Source: Armatimonadota bacterium (lineage in GTDB: Bacteria > Armatimonadota > Zipacnadia > Zipacnadales > UBA5352). Taken from it: DNA of 22,694 bases. Below, piece by piece: positions 15,201 through 22,694 of this stretch; the stretch's first letter is position 1, and every line of letters begins with the position of its first letter. The translations under genes were made by a program, and so were the position numbers. The DNA lies in NCBI GenBank assembly GCA_034722055.1, contig JAYENL010000260.1:1-22694 (forward strand). The letters are read 5' to 3'. A model generated the notes under the pieces. The model was given only the letters and a program-made list of their open reading frames with translations. It had not been told where the DNA came from and did no database searches.

Positions 15201-17315
15201 TCAGCTCTCCCAATGCATGCCGATGTACTCCACCGCCTGGGCCGCATCGAGGGGTCGGGTCGTGTTACCGGCACGGATGTAGAATCGCCTTTCCCCCTCG
15301 GCCTCGACGTAGGCCGGACGCGCGCTTGCCTCGACTTCCACAACACAAACCTGCTTCTCTCCCGCCATCTCGAAAGTGGTATGGATGTATTTGGCGAACT
15401 CAGTGCCGATGTGGTTCTCAACGAGCTGCATCAGCTTCTGCTCATAACCGTCGTTGTCTCCGCGGCCGAGAGTCTGGAGGTCGTGCTCGATTCCCAGCAC
15501 GTGGCCATCGTCGCTGACGCCGACCACCAACTTGCCCCCATATGAGTTAAGGAACCCGGCAATCGTCTTCACGATGACCTGTTCAAGCGCCTTGTTCACT
15601 TGCTCCTGCCGCATGTCCCAGCGGAGCGAAGACTTGAACTCCACCCGCTGGCTCTCGCCCGCATGGATCAGGTCCTGCACAGTCTCAGGAGCAGGCGGTG
15701 CCTGGTCACCCATTGTGTCAGCCATGAACTGATTGATCGCATTGGCAATGAGCTGCCGACGTGCCTCAAGGAACTCTTCATAGTGGTCGAGACGCCACAG
15801 GTGCGGATCGGTAGGCACGAATTGCTTCTCCAGAGCGCCGGGATACTGCTCCGCAATCGCTGGCAGGTACTCGCTTGGAGGCGTGTCTCCGAGAGACACG
15901 TTGCTGTCCGCAGTCAGGAAGGCACGGTTCGCGATTTCGTTGACCTTCTTGCTGTGCAAGTGGTTTGCAGAATCATAGCCGCCATCGCCGTACAGCAACG
16001 ATCGAGGAAAGATGTGGTGGTTGTGAAGACGGTAACGCTCACCAACCGTCTGCCCCAGGGGCATTCCATTGAACCAGTCAATAGCGCCATGCCCCTTTGC
16101 CGCGATGAAGGCCATCCGGAAGATGGGATGCTGTATCCCGCGACCTTCCATATCCGCGGCCTTTAGGTCCAATCTGCCACGTTGGTCGACGATGGCTTCG
16201 CATAGGCCCACGCACGGCTCGTCGCTCCGCACGACGTAGGAGAGGTCATGATCAAGTCGGGTATCGACCTGCGATGTATAGCGCGACCAGGTATGCGCCG
16301 CATACAGCCAGTGCACGAACCTGCGCATCTCCAGTTCGCGGCTGAACTTGCCCCCGTTGCGAGCCAGGTACACCACAACGGGCACGAGGACGTTCGTCGT
16401 GTTCAGGTCCTCTGTGGAGTGGATATGGGCGTGGGCGGGGAGGATGCCGATGCTGTAGTCCAAGACTTGAGAGAGTGTTTCCCATCCCTCCTGCAGCGAG
16501 TCTGCTGGCTCCTCGTGTATGGTCTCATACAGTGCGCGGCCCTTCACGACGCCGACGAGGCACCTGACCATGAATCCCAAGTCGAACTCGAAGTGGAGCC
16601 GCGCCAGGTCGGCGAGCTTCTCCTTCATGACGCGTCGGGCATGAGGCCACTTGCCGCAGATGTGAGCAAGGGCAAGCTCAGCGTCGCTGAGTTTGGTGCC
16701 AAGGCTGTTCACACGGTCGAATACATCTATGGCGTCATCGATGTTGGCGTCGCCAGGAACAAGCTGAATCGGGTAGGTTCGGCTGCGGACAGCGCGGAGG
16801 CAGTTGAGGTTATCATTGAAGAGCGTGCTGAGTTCCAGCGCTTCCTCATCGTCCTCCCCAATCTCTCGACCGATGACTATCGGGTTAACGCTCCCGTCTT
16901 GGAAGCACTCCACGACGGACACCCAGGCCGGGTCGCCCTTCATCCGCGAGGCTTGGTAGTACTGGAAGCTGCCATCGTGGAGGTTGAAGTACAGGTCCCG
17001 CGGATCGTTAGTGATCTCCGCCTCGCGGTAGTAAGGCGGAATCTCGTTCTCCATCAGCAGGAAGAGCGTGGTCAGGCGCTGTTGACCATCCAAGATCACC
17101 TGGACTGTCCCGACCTTGTCCGTGGGCACAGCATCGTGCTTGATGTCCGGCGGATTCTGCGTCTTCCAGAACAGCAGGCTGCCGGTGGGGTAGCCTCGGT
17201 AGAGAGACACCATCAACTGCTTCGCCTGCTCCTTCTCCCAGACGTACTCACGCTGGAACTCGGGCAACACCAGGTCGAACTGACGGATGGCTTGGAGTAG
17301 TTCGGCTATCTCCAT
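15201..17315 (-). CDS. GmrSD-family type IV restriction nuclease (DUF262 + HNH/DUF1524-like) fused to a C-terminal Schlafen AlbA_2 domain
   Basis: LPEFQREYVW, GYPTGSLLFW, ILDGQQRLTTL, FDRVNSLG (DUF262); HHIFP...NEIANRAFL...N (HNH-like); GESQRVEFKSS, KTIAGFLNSYGGKLVVGVSDDG, FYIRAGNTT (AlbA_2). Confidence 0.88.
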   Translation of the reverse strand: MEIAELLQAIRQFDLVLPEFQREYVWEKEQAKQLMVSLYRGYPTGSLLFWKTQNPPDIKHDAVPTDKVGTVQVILDGQQRLTTLFLLMENEIPPYYREAEITNDPRDLYFNLHDGSFQYYQASRMKGDPAWVSVVECFQDGSVNPIVIGREIGEDDEEALELSTLFNDNLNCLRAVRSRTYPIQLVPGDANIDDAIDVFDRVNSLGTKLSDAELALAHICGKWPHARRVMKEKLADLARLHFEFDLGFMVRCLVGVVKGRALYETIHEEPADSLQEGWETLSQVLDYSIGILPAHAHIHSTEDLNTTNVLVPVVVYLARNGGKFSRELEMRRFVHWLYAAHTWSRYTSQVDTRLDHDLSYVVRSDEPCVGLCEAIVDQRGRLDLKAADMEGRGIQHPIFRMAFIAAKGHGAIDWFNGMPLGQTVGERYRLHNHHIFPRSLLYGDGGYDSANHLHSKKVNEIANRAFLTADSNVSLGDTPPSEYLPAIAEQYPGALEKQFVPTDPHLWRLDHYEEFLEARRQLIANAINQFMADTMGDQAPPAPETVQDLIHAGESQRVEFKSSLRWDMRQEQVNKALEQVIVKTIAGFLNSYGGKLVVGVSDDGHVLGIEHDLQTLGRGDNDGYEQKLMQLVENHIGTEFAKYIHTTFEMAGEKQVCVVEVEASARPAYVEAEGERRFYIRAGNTTRPLDAAQAVEYIGMHWES

Positions 17316-17457
17316 TGCACGTTGCCCCCTGTCTCAGGGCCTGCTCGCGGTCGGTCTCTTGCTGGTCGCACTTCAGACGTCCTCGGTGCTCCTTACCGCC
17401 GGTGAATATCGTCCTCAACTTGCAGTAGTCCGAAGGCGAAGACGCGGCGAGGCCTGC

Positions 17458-20400
17458 TCACCATGTCGAACTCGGTCCCGCGCTCAGTCTTTCCCATTCT
17501 CTGGCGATCGTGCTGGCACGCTGCAGTTGCCGGCCCCAGCTCGCGTTAAGCGATTCCGCCTTCTTGCCGGCGAACTGCTCGATCGTGTCAGCGCGGACCG
17601 AGAAGTCGCCCGGGCGTACGCCGGCCACCGAGACCAGCGCTGGCAGGGGAACTTCGCCGTCAGCGAGCCGCCTCTGCAGCAGTGCGCCCACATGGATCTG
17701 TTCGTCGTCCTCGACATCATCGTCCAGCGACGGGTGGGACCTCACGAAGTCGATGGCCATGAGCACCTCGAGCGAAGCTCGTGCGTCTCGCCTCAGCGCG
17801 TCCAGTCGACCCTCCAGATAGCGTTCATGGCGGCGGCTCTCGAAGTCCAAGCGTTGCTGCAGGCGGCGGCTCAGTTCGTCTTTGAGACCCTCCGCGGTGT
17901 CTTCCGCACGAATGATCTGCTCAGCACCCTCCGCTGCGTCCAGGGCGGCTGTCAGGGCCGCCAGCGAGGACACGGTCGTAAGGGTCCCGTCGCTGACGGC
18001 ATAGTACTGCACCAGTCGCTCGCCCTCGGCTTCAGCCTGAACCCGCATGACCGGCCCTGCCGCATCATCCGGCGCCGATGGGGTACTGACCAGGTCCTCG
18101 AATGTCGTGCTGCCGTGGGCCAAGTAGGTGGCGGTGTCGGGCTTCAGATCGTAGACTTCCGGCCGGAATGTCACCACGCCGTCATTGGCTGGTCCTACGA
18201 GCCGATACAGCCCTGGCTCGACCTCCTCGAACCGATAGTCTGACTCCAGCAGCTCACTGCCCAAGACCAGCTCCTCCAACTCGGCAGGTCGTACCGGGAC
18301 TTGGTCCGCCGAGGGTGCCTCCGGGGACGTCCTCCGAGTGTTCTCCTCGAGGTTCAGTGCCTCGCGCCTCAGTTTTTCATACTGCGCAGCGAGGTCCTCC
18401 ACGATCCGCGCGATGCGACTATCTCTCTCAGCCGGATCGGAGAACGCCGCGTCGCGGATCAGGTCTGGGAGTTGCGCCAGGATCGGCTGTAGTGGCCCGA
18501 CTACCCACTGGAAGCTGCCGATCCTCTGCCCAAGTCGCCTGTGGATGCGGGCCTCGACGGTGTCCTCGTAGAAGTAGTTGATGACCCTGACTTCCTCGGC
18601 TTCCTGGCCGATGCGGTCGATCCGTCCGATGCGCTGTTCGACCTTCATCGGGTTCCATGGCATGTCGTAGTTGATCAGCATCGAGCAGGTTTGCAGGTTC
18701 AGGCCTTCGCTCGCAGCCTCGGTACACAGGAGGGTCTTGACGTCCTCGCCCTCTGCAAACAGGTTCTTGATGTGCTCCTTCGAGACCGTCTGCCACTGCT
18801 CGCCATCCCATCGCTCCCCGCCGCGCCCTGAGTAGCAGGCCACCTGACGGCGGTAGACCGTGACAAGCTTATCGCGGATGTAGTCCATGGTGTCGGTGTA
18901 CTGCGTGAAGACCACGACGGTCCGGTGCGTCCGGAAGGCCTCTTCGAGATCCCTCGTGAAGCGGTCGAACTTCGAGTCCTCGCCGCAGCGTTCGATATCC
19001 TGCAGGAACTCCTCGATGAATTGGATCTCCTCTGCCACGTTGATAGCGAGCGGCTCTTCCTGGCCCTCGATCTCCTGGCTCACGTCGCGGCTGAGGTCCT
19101 CATCCTCATAGTCCTCAGCAACCAGACCGCCGGTGCTCTCCTCATCCTCCCCCCGCAGATGCGCCACGCGACGCTGCAGGCTGCGCTCGATGGCGTAGAA
19201 GCTGGATGTCAGGCGTCGCCGGTAGATCGTCATCACGAAGCCCACGCCGGCGCGGTTCTGCTCATCGGCCGCGACGTAGACGTCCCGGATGTACTTCTCG
19301 ATGCGGTCATATAGCTCTCGCTCTTCCCGCGTTGCGAACTCGATGAACTCGTCGTGCGGAGCGCGATCGGGGATGTTCTCGTCCAGCAGGCCCTGCCGGC
19401 GGTAGCTGCGCAGCAGGTCGCGCGTGTGGCGGAAGACGTAGTGATGCAGCGGCGTGTGCGCGCGGAAGAACTGCGCAGCCGCTGCCAGCTCTTCATCGCT
19501 CCAGCGAAGCATGGTGGTGTCGCACTGCCCGCTCTCACCCATGTCCTTGAGCTCCTGGAGCTTGATGATGCCAAGCTCATCGCGCGCCAACGCCTCCGCC
19601 GCCTCGTCCCATGTCCCCACATGCTCCAGGTAGTCGTGTAGCATCTCGCACAGAAATGAGAGGTCGGCCCGGTCGGGGAAGTGTCGCAGCTCCTCGAAGT
19701 AGCGCGTGAAGAGTTCGCCTCCCAGCGCTCCCCACTCTCCGCCGAGGCCCATCGCCTCCATCAGGTCCCATACTTCGATGGGGTCGAGCTGCATGGGCGT
19801 GGCGGTCAGCAGGAGCATGCCGCGGGTCCTGTCGCGGATCTGCTGCAGTAGGTGCAGCAGCCGGTTCGGCCGGTACTCCTCGCCGGTAGGCTGCCTGCGG
19901 CGCGCGTGGTGCGCCTCGTCCACTACCACCAGGTCCCACTCGTCCGCCTCCAGCAATGTCGGAGTCCGCTCCTGACGCTTGGCGAGATGGCTGGAGGCGA
20001 TGATCACCTCGTGCGTGTTCCAGGGGTTGTCGGGGTTCTGAGGTGTCTCGTTCCCGTGGGCGTCCACGAAGCCGCTGCCGGTGTACTGCCAGGTGTTGAG
20101 GTTGAACTTCTCGATGAGCTCCTCCTGCCACTGTGTGACCAGAGACGCCGGCACGAGAATGAGGCAGCGCTTCACCCGCCCCGGCAGCAGCAGGCGCTTG
20201 AGCGCAATGCCCGCCTCGACCGTCTTCCCCAGCCCGACCTCGTCGCAGAGCAGGTAGGGCTCGGGGTAGGTCTCGACGATCTGGTCTGCGACCTTCTTCT
20301 GGTGCGGCCACAGATCGACCGTCGCGAACTCCTCGGCCAGCAGGTCGCCGTTCGGCATGTAGGGGGCGTCCCGGACGAACTGGAACAGCCACCTCTCGCG

Positions 20401-21162
20401 CTCCAGCCGCCTCTCGCGCTCCTCGAGGACCTCGGGGTCCTCCGGATCGTGCTCGGGCGGCTCCTCGGGCGCGATGTCGATGAACCTCTGCCGGACTGCA
20501 TCCGGGAAGTCGATCACCCGCGTGAAGCGGGCCCGGTCCTCCCAGAGCTCCTCGAACTCCTCAAGCTCCGCCTCAATGCGCGCGTCATCGCCGGGGCGCC
20601 AGGACCAGAAGGCGTTGAAGCTCTCCCGGTTCCTCAGCCAGCCGCGCAGGCTCTCGTTGTTGCTGCCGGTGAACGCCACCCGGTTGCCGCGCGCGTCGGT
20701 GAAGATGCCGACCTTCTCGTGGAACAGCTCGTCCTCGGCGACGTCCTGGAGGGTGCCGTCTTCATTGACGGGGACCGCGATCTTGATCTCCAGTGTCCCC
20801 CGCGCGATCATCCACGCCAGCGCCTGCAGCCGCTCCCGCTCGATCCGCTCCGCGGGGTACTCCCACTCTTCCAGCGCCTTCTCCTGGATGCGCTGGCGGA
20901 GGTCGTAGCCCTCGTTGATGGCGCGCACGTCCTGCTTCGACAGGTGCGCGCTCACCAGCAGGCGCATGTGGCCATCGTTGAGGATGAGGCCGGCGATGCC
21001 GCGGGCCGCAGCGGACAGCGCCGTGGAGGAGAAGAACCCCGCCTTGCGGTCATACCGCACGCTGCGCTGCAGCGCGGGGATGTAGAAGTCGGTCAGCGGG
21101 CTGCCCGCCTCGCGACTGTAACGCAGCTTCCACTCATAGGTCGTCAGGTCCGCGTCCACCAA
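17458..21162 (-). CDS. PLD-nuclease / SNF2-family helicase fusion (restriction-like system nuclease-helicase)
   Basis: PLD motif FHEKVGIFTD-x-TGSNN (HxKxxxxD..GSxN); Walker A LLCDEVGLGKT; DEAH (VVVDEAHH); LLTATP; TEAASEGLNLQ; EQRIGRIDRIGQ. Start is TTG 21162 or GTG 21159. Confidence 0.92.
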   Translation of the reverse strand: MVDADLTTYEWKLRYSREAGSPLTDFYIPALQRSVRYDRKAGFFSSTALSAAARGIAGLILNDGHMRLLVSAHLSKQDVRAINEGYDLRQRIQEKALEEWEYPAERIERERLQALAWMIARGTLEIKIAVPVNEDGTLQDVAEDELFHEKVGIFTDARGNRVAFTGSNNESLRGWLRNRESFNAFWSWRPGDDARIEAELEEFEELWEDRARFTRVIDFPDAVRQRFIDIAPEEPPEHDPEDPEVLEERERRLERERWLFQFVRDAPYMPNGDLLAEEFATVDLWPHQKKVADQIVETYPEPYLLCDEVGLGKTVEAGIALKRLLLPGRVKRCLILVPASLVTQWQEELIEKFNLNTWQYTGSGFVDAHGNETPQNPDNPWNTHEVIIASSHLAKRQERTPTLLEADEWDLVVVDEAHHARRRQPTGEEYRPNRLLHLLQQIRDRTRGMLLLTATPMQLDPIEVWDLMEAMGLGGEWGALGGELFTRYFEELRHFPDRADLSFLCEMLHDYLEHVGTWDEAAEALARDELGIIKLQELKDMGESGQCDTTMLRWSDEELAAAAQFFRAHTPLHHYVFRHTRDLLRSYRRQGLLDENIPDRAPHDEFIEFATREERELYDRIEKYIRDVYVAADEQNRAGVGFVMTIYRRRLTSSFYAIERSLQRRVAHLRGEDEESTGGLVAEDYEDEDLSRDVSQEIEGQEEPLAINVAEEIQFIEEFLQDIERCGEDSKFDRFTRDLEEAFRTHRTVVVFTQYTDTMDYIRDKLVTVYRRQVACYSGRGGERWDGEQWQTVSKEHIKNLFAEGEDVKTLLCTEAASEGLNLQTCSMLINYDMPWNPMKVEQRIGRIDRIGQEAEEVRVINYFYEDTVEARIHRRLGQRIGSFQWVVGPLQPILAQLPDLIRDAAFSDPAERDSRIARIVEDLAAQYEKLRREALNLEENTRRTSPEAPSADQVPVRPAELEELVLGSELLESDYRFEEVEPGLYRLVGPANDGVVTFRPEVYDLKPDTATYLAHGSTTFEDLVSTPSAPDDAAGPVMRVQAEAEGERLVQYYAVSDGTLTTVSSLAALTAALDAAEGAEQIIRAEDTAEGLKDELSRRLQQRLDFESRRHERYLEGRLDALRRDARASLEVLMAIDFVRSHPSLDDDVEDDEQIHVGALLQRRLADGEVPLPALVSVAGVRPGDFSVRADTIEQFAGKKAESLNASWGRQLQRASTIAREWERLSAGPSSTW

Positions 21163-21188
21163 GGGTCAATCAGCCCCCCGTCTCTCGG

Positions 21189-22694
21189 CTACTCGTCGTC
21201 CTCGTCCTCTTGGTCTTCGTCGTCGGCGCCCACGAAGGCCATCTCGAGCTGGACGGGCTCGGGGATGTCGATGCGGCCGCTCAGGAAGGCCAGCGCCACC
21301 TCGCGCAGGCTGTCCCATTCGCTCCGCGCCTGCGGAATCGCCCTCAGCAGCGCCTCCACCGCCGCCACGAACTCCTCCCGCTGCGTCAGCTTCCGGTCCT
21401 CCAGGAACCGCCGGCACGCGCTCAGGCCATCCTCGTCAAAGATGTAGATAGCCGCGTGGATGGCGTCGATGATCGAGCTGAACTCGTCCGCCTGCGGGTC
21501 GAGGCTCCCGCGCTTAACCCGCCTCCGCGGCTCGCGCAGCACGATGTCCTGGCTCTTCTTGTAGGCGATGTCGTGGCCCTTGATCGTGTCGTCGAGGTCC
21601 ACGCCCACCGCCATAGCCAGCTTGCGGCCCTCGTCGTAGGGGAAGCGGCCGGCCTTGAACAGGTCCCACGCGAGGATCGCCCAGCGCGTCGGCGGGTCGA
21701 AGGGCACCTCGCCATGGGCGCGGGACAGCAGCGTCCGCACCCGGTAGTTCGTCACCACGCGCCGGGCCTCGTCCAGCGCCACGTCCGGGCGGATCTCCTC
21801 TCCCGAGCGGTCGCGGACCGGCCAGTGGCTGGAGATCACCTGCAGCGCGGGGCCGAACGTGGACACCATCAGGTCCACGCCCTCCATCCCCAGGTCCTCG
21901 AACTCGGCGACCTTCTCCCGCACCTTCTCCCGCACTTCAGGCTCCACGTCGTCCCACCAGTAGCCGGCACCGTTCCTCCCGTCCGGGCGCTTGCGGCAGA
22001 CCAGCAGAATGGTGCTGGAGCAGGCGTTCTTCTTCGCCTGATGCAGGGAGTGTTCGCTTTCCGTATGGACCGGCCAGGCGGCGGTGATCTCGAAGCCGGC
22101 ACCGATGAGGGCCGCCGCCAGCGTGTCCCACGCCTCCACCCGCTTGTGGGTGAACATCATGGTCATGACGCCGTGCGGCTTGAGGACCGTGTGGCAGCGG
22201 TTGAAGACTGCCCGCATCTTCGCCTCATAGTCCTGCTCCGCGAGCTTCCTTTTCGAGCCCTTGACGCCCTCAAAGCGCGCGACGTTGGCGACGGCCTCGC
22301 GGTCCTTGTCCGTCAGCTCCGTGTCGAACCACTCGGGGTAGATATCGCCGAGCGTGCGCTTCTGCCAGACGTAGAAGAAGTCCGAGCACTCCGCGTACAT
22401 CACATTGTCGTAGTAGGGGGGATCGACGCAGATCACGTCCACGCTCTCGGGCTCGCGTCCACGGTAGGCCGCCGCGTCGCCCTGTGTGACGTGGATGCGG
22501 GCCTCGACCGCGTCGTCGATCAAGTTTTGCGCCGGAGCGGCGAGTTCAGCCAGGCCTCCCACGGCGTCAACGATCTGATCTCGAGCCCAGTCAATGCCCA
22601 GACCGTCAACAACCGGGTTCCACTCGCCGTGGCTCCACTTGAAGCTGAAATCGTGGCGTTGGAATACGTGTTTCACGATTTGTCGGGTGTACTC
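21189..22694 (-). CDS. DUF1156-family adenine-specific DNA methyltransferase (5'-truncated by the window edge)
   Basis: Motif IV VDPPYYDNVMYAECSDFFYVW, LKPHGVMTMMFTHK..AW, WPVHTE, STILLVCRKR. The frame stays open to the window end (EYTRQIVKHVFQRHDF), so the listed start at 22676 is not the true start. Acidic C-terminal tail. Confidence 0.88.
   Translation of the reverse strand, partial: EYTRQIVKHVFQRHDFSFKWSHGEWNPVVDGLGIDWARDQIVDAVGGLAELAAPAQNLIDDAVEARIHVTQGDAAAYRGREPESVDVICVDPPYYDNVMYAECSDFFYVWQKRTLGDIYPEWFDTELTDKDREAVANVARFEGVKGSKRKLAEQDYEAKMRAVFNRCHTVLKPHGVMTMMFTHKRVEAWDTLAAALIGAGFEITAAWPVHTESEHSLHQAKKNACSSTILLVCRKRPDGRNGAGYWWDDVEPEVREKVREKVAEFEDLGMEGVDLMVSTFGPALQVISSHWPVRDRSGEEIRPDVALDEARRVVTNYRVRTLLSRAHGEVPFDPPTRWAILAWDLFKAGRFPYDEGRKLAMAVGVDLDDTIKGHDIAYKKSQDIVLREPRRRVKRGSLDPQADEFSSIIDAIHAAIYIFDEDGLSACRRFLEDRKLTQREEFVAAVEALLRAIPQARSEWDSLREVALAFLSGRIDIPEPVQLEMAFVGADDEDQEDEDDE

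Larger units (their letters stand above)
12960..22694 (-). mobile_element. Left end of a putative LSR-integrated genomic (defence) island, continuing beyond the window
   Basis: Terminal large serine recombinase; abrupt switch from catabolic genes to restriction/defence genes; visibly more A/T-ending codons in 14500-17300; an AT-rich junction at the 5' end of the sulfatase. The far boundary is not in the window. Confidence 0.65.

Noticed and set aside
16248..21447. Plus-strand ORFs 16248-17300 and 19852-21447
   Set aside because: Antisense to the GmrSD and helicase genes; Leu/Val/Arg-rich shadow composition.
1..22694. tRNA/rRNA genes or a tRNA integration target; BREX/DISARM assignment for the methylase-helicase pair
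   Set aside because: No tRNA or rRNA signatures seen. No PglZ, BrxC or DrmA/B in the window, and the DUF1156 + PLD-SNF2 order fits the restriction-like system better.

Overview
High-GC bacterial DNA in which every well-supported gene is on the minus strand, in two blocks. Left block (148-12980): a carbohydrate/sulfate-catabolic run with a Tat-exported iduronate-2-sulfatase-like sulfatase, a ~1490-aa secreted multidomain putative polysaccharide lyase (CBM-like + heparinase II/III-like + FG-GAP propeller), an Mth938-like protein, a ~1200-aa secreted DUF6259-like putative glycoside hydrolase, an aldo/keto reductase and a cytoplasmic sulfatase. This content suggests an Armatimonadota/PVC-type polysaccharide degrader (inference only). 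Right block (~12960 to beyond the window end): one end of a probable integrated defence island with a large serine recombinase (LSR), a ~700-bp non-canonical spacer, a GmrSD-type (DUF262 + HNH) nuclease fused to a Schlafen/AlbA_2 domain, a PLD-nuclease/SNF2 helicase and a truncated DUF1156-type adenine methyltransferase. The last two match the distal half of the 'restriction-like' (Gao RL) system. Most notable: (i) the LSR 3' end supplies the RBS, start codon and an AT-rich first few codons of the sulfatase, suggesting the island integrates into the conserved sulfatase N-terminus and repairs it; (ii) a 46-bp att-like dyad lies directly upstream of the LSR; (iii) the GmrSD-Schlafen fusion sits beside a methylase-based system. 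All family assignments come from motif recognition by eye; no searches were run.
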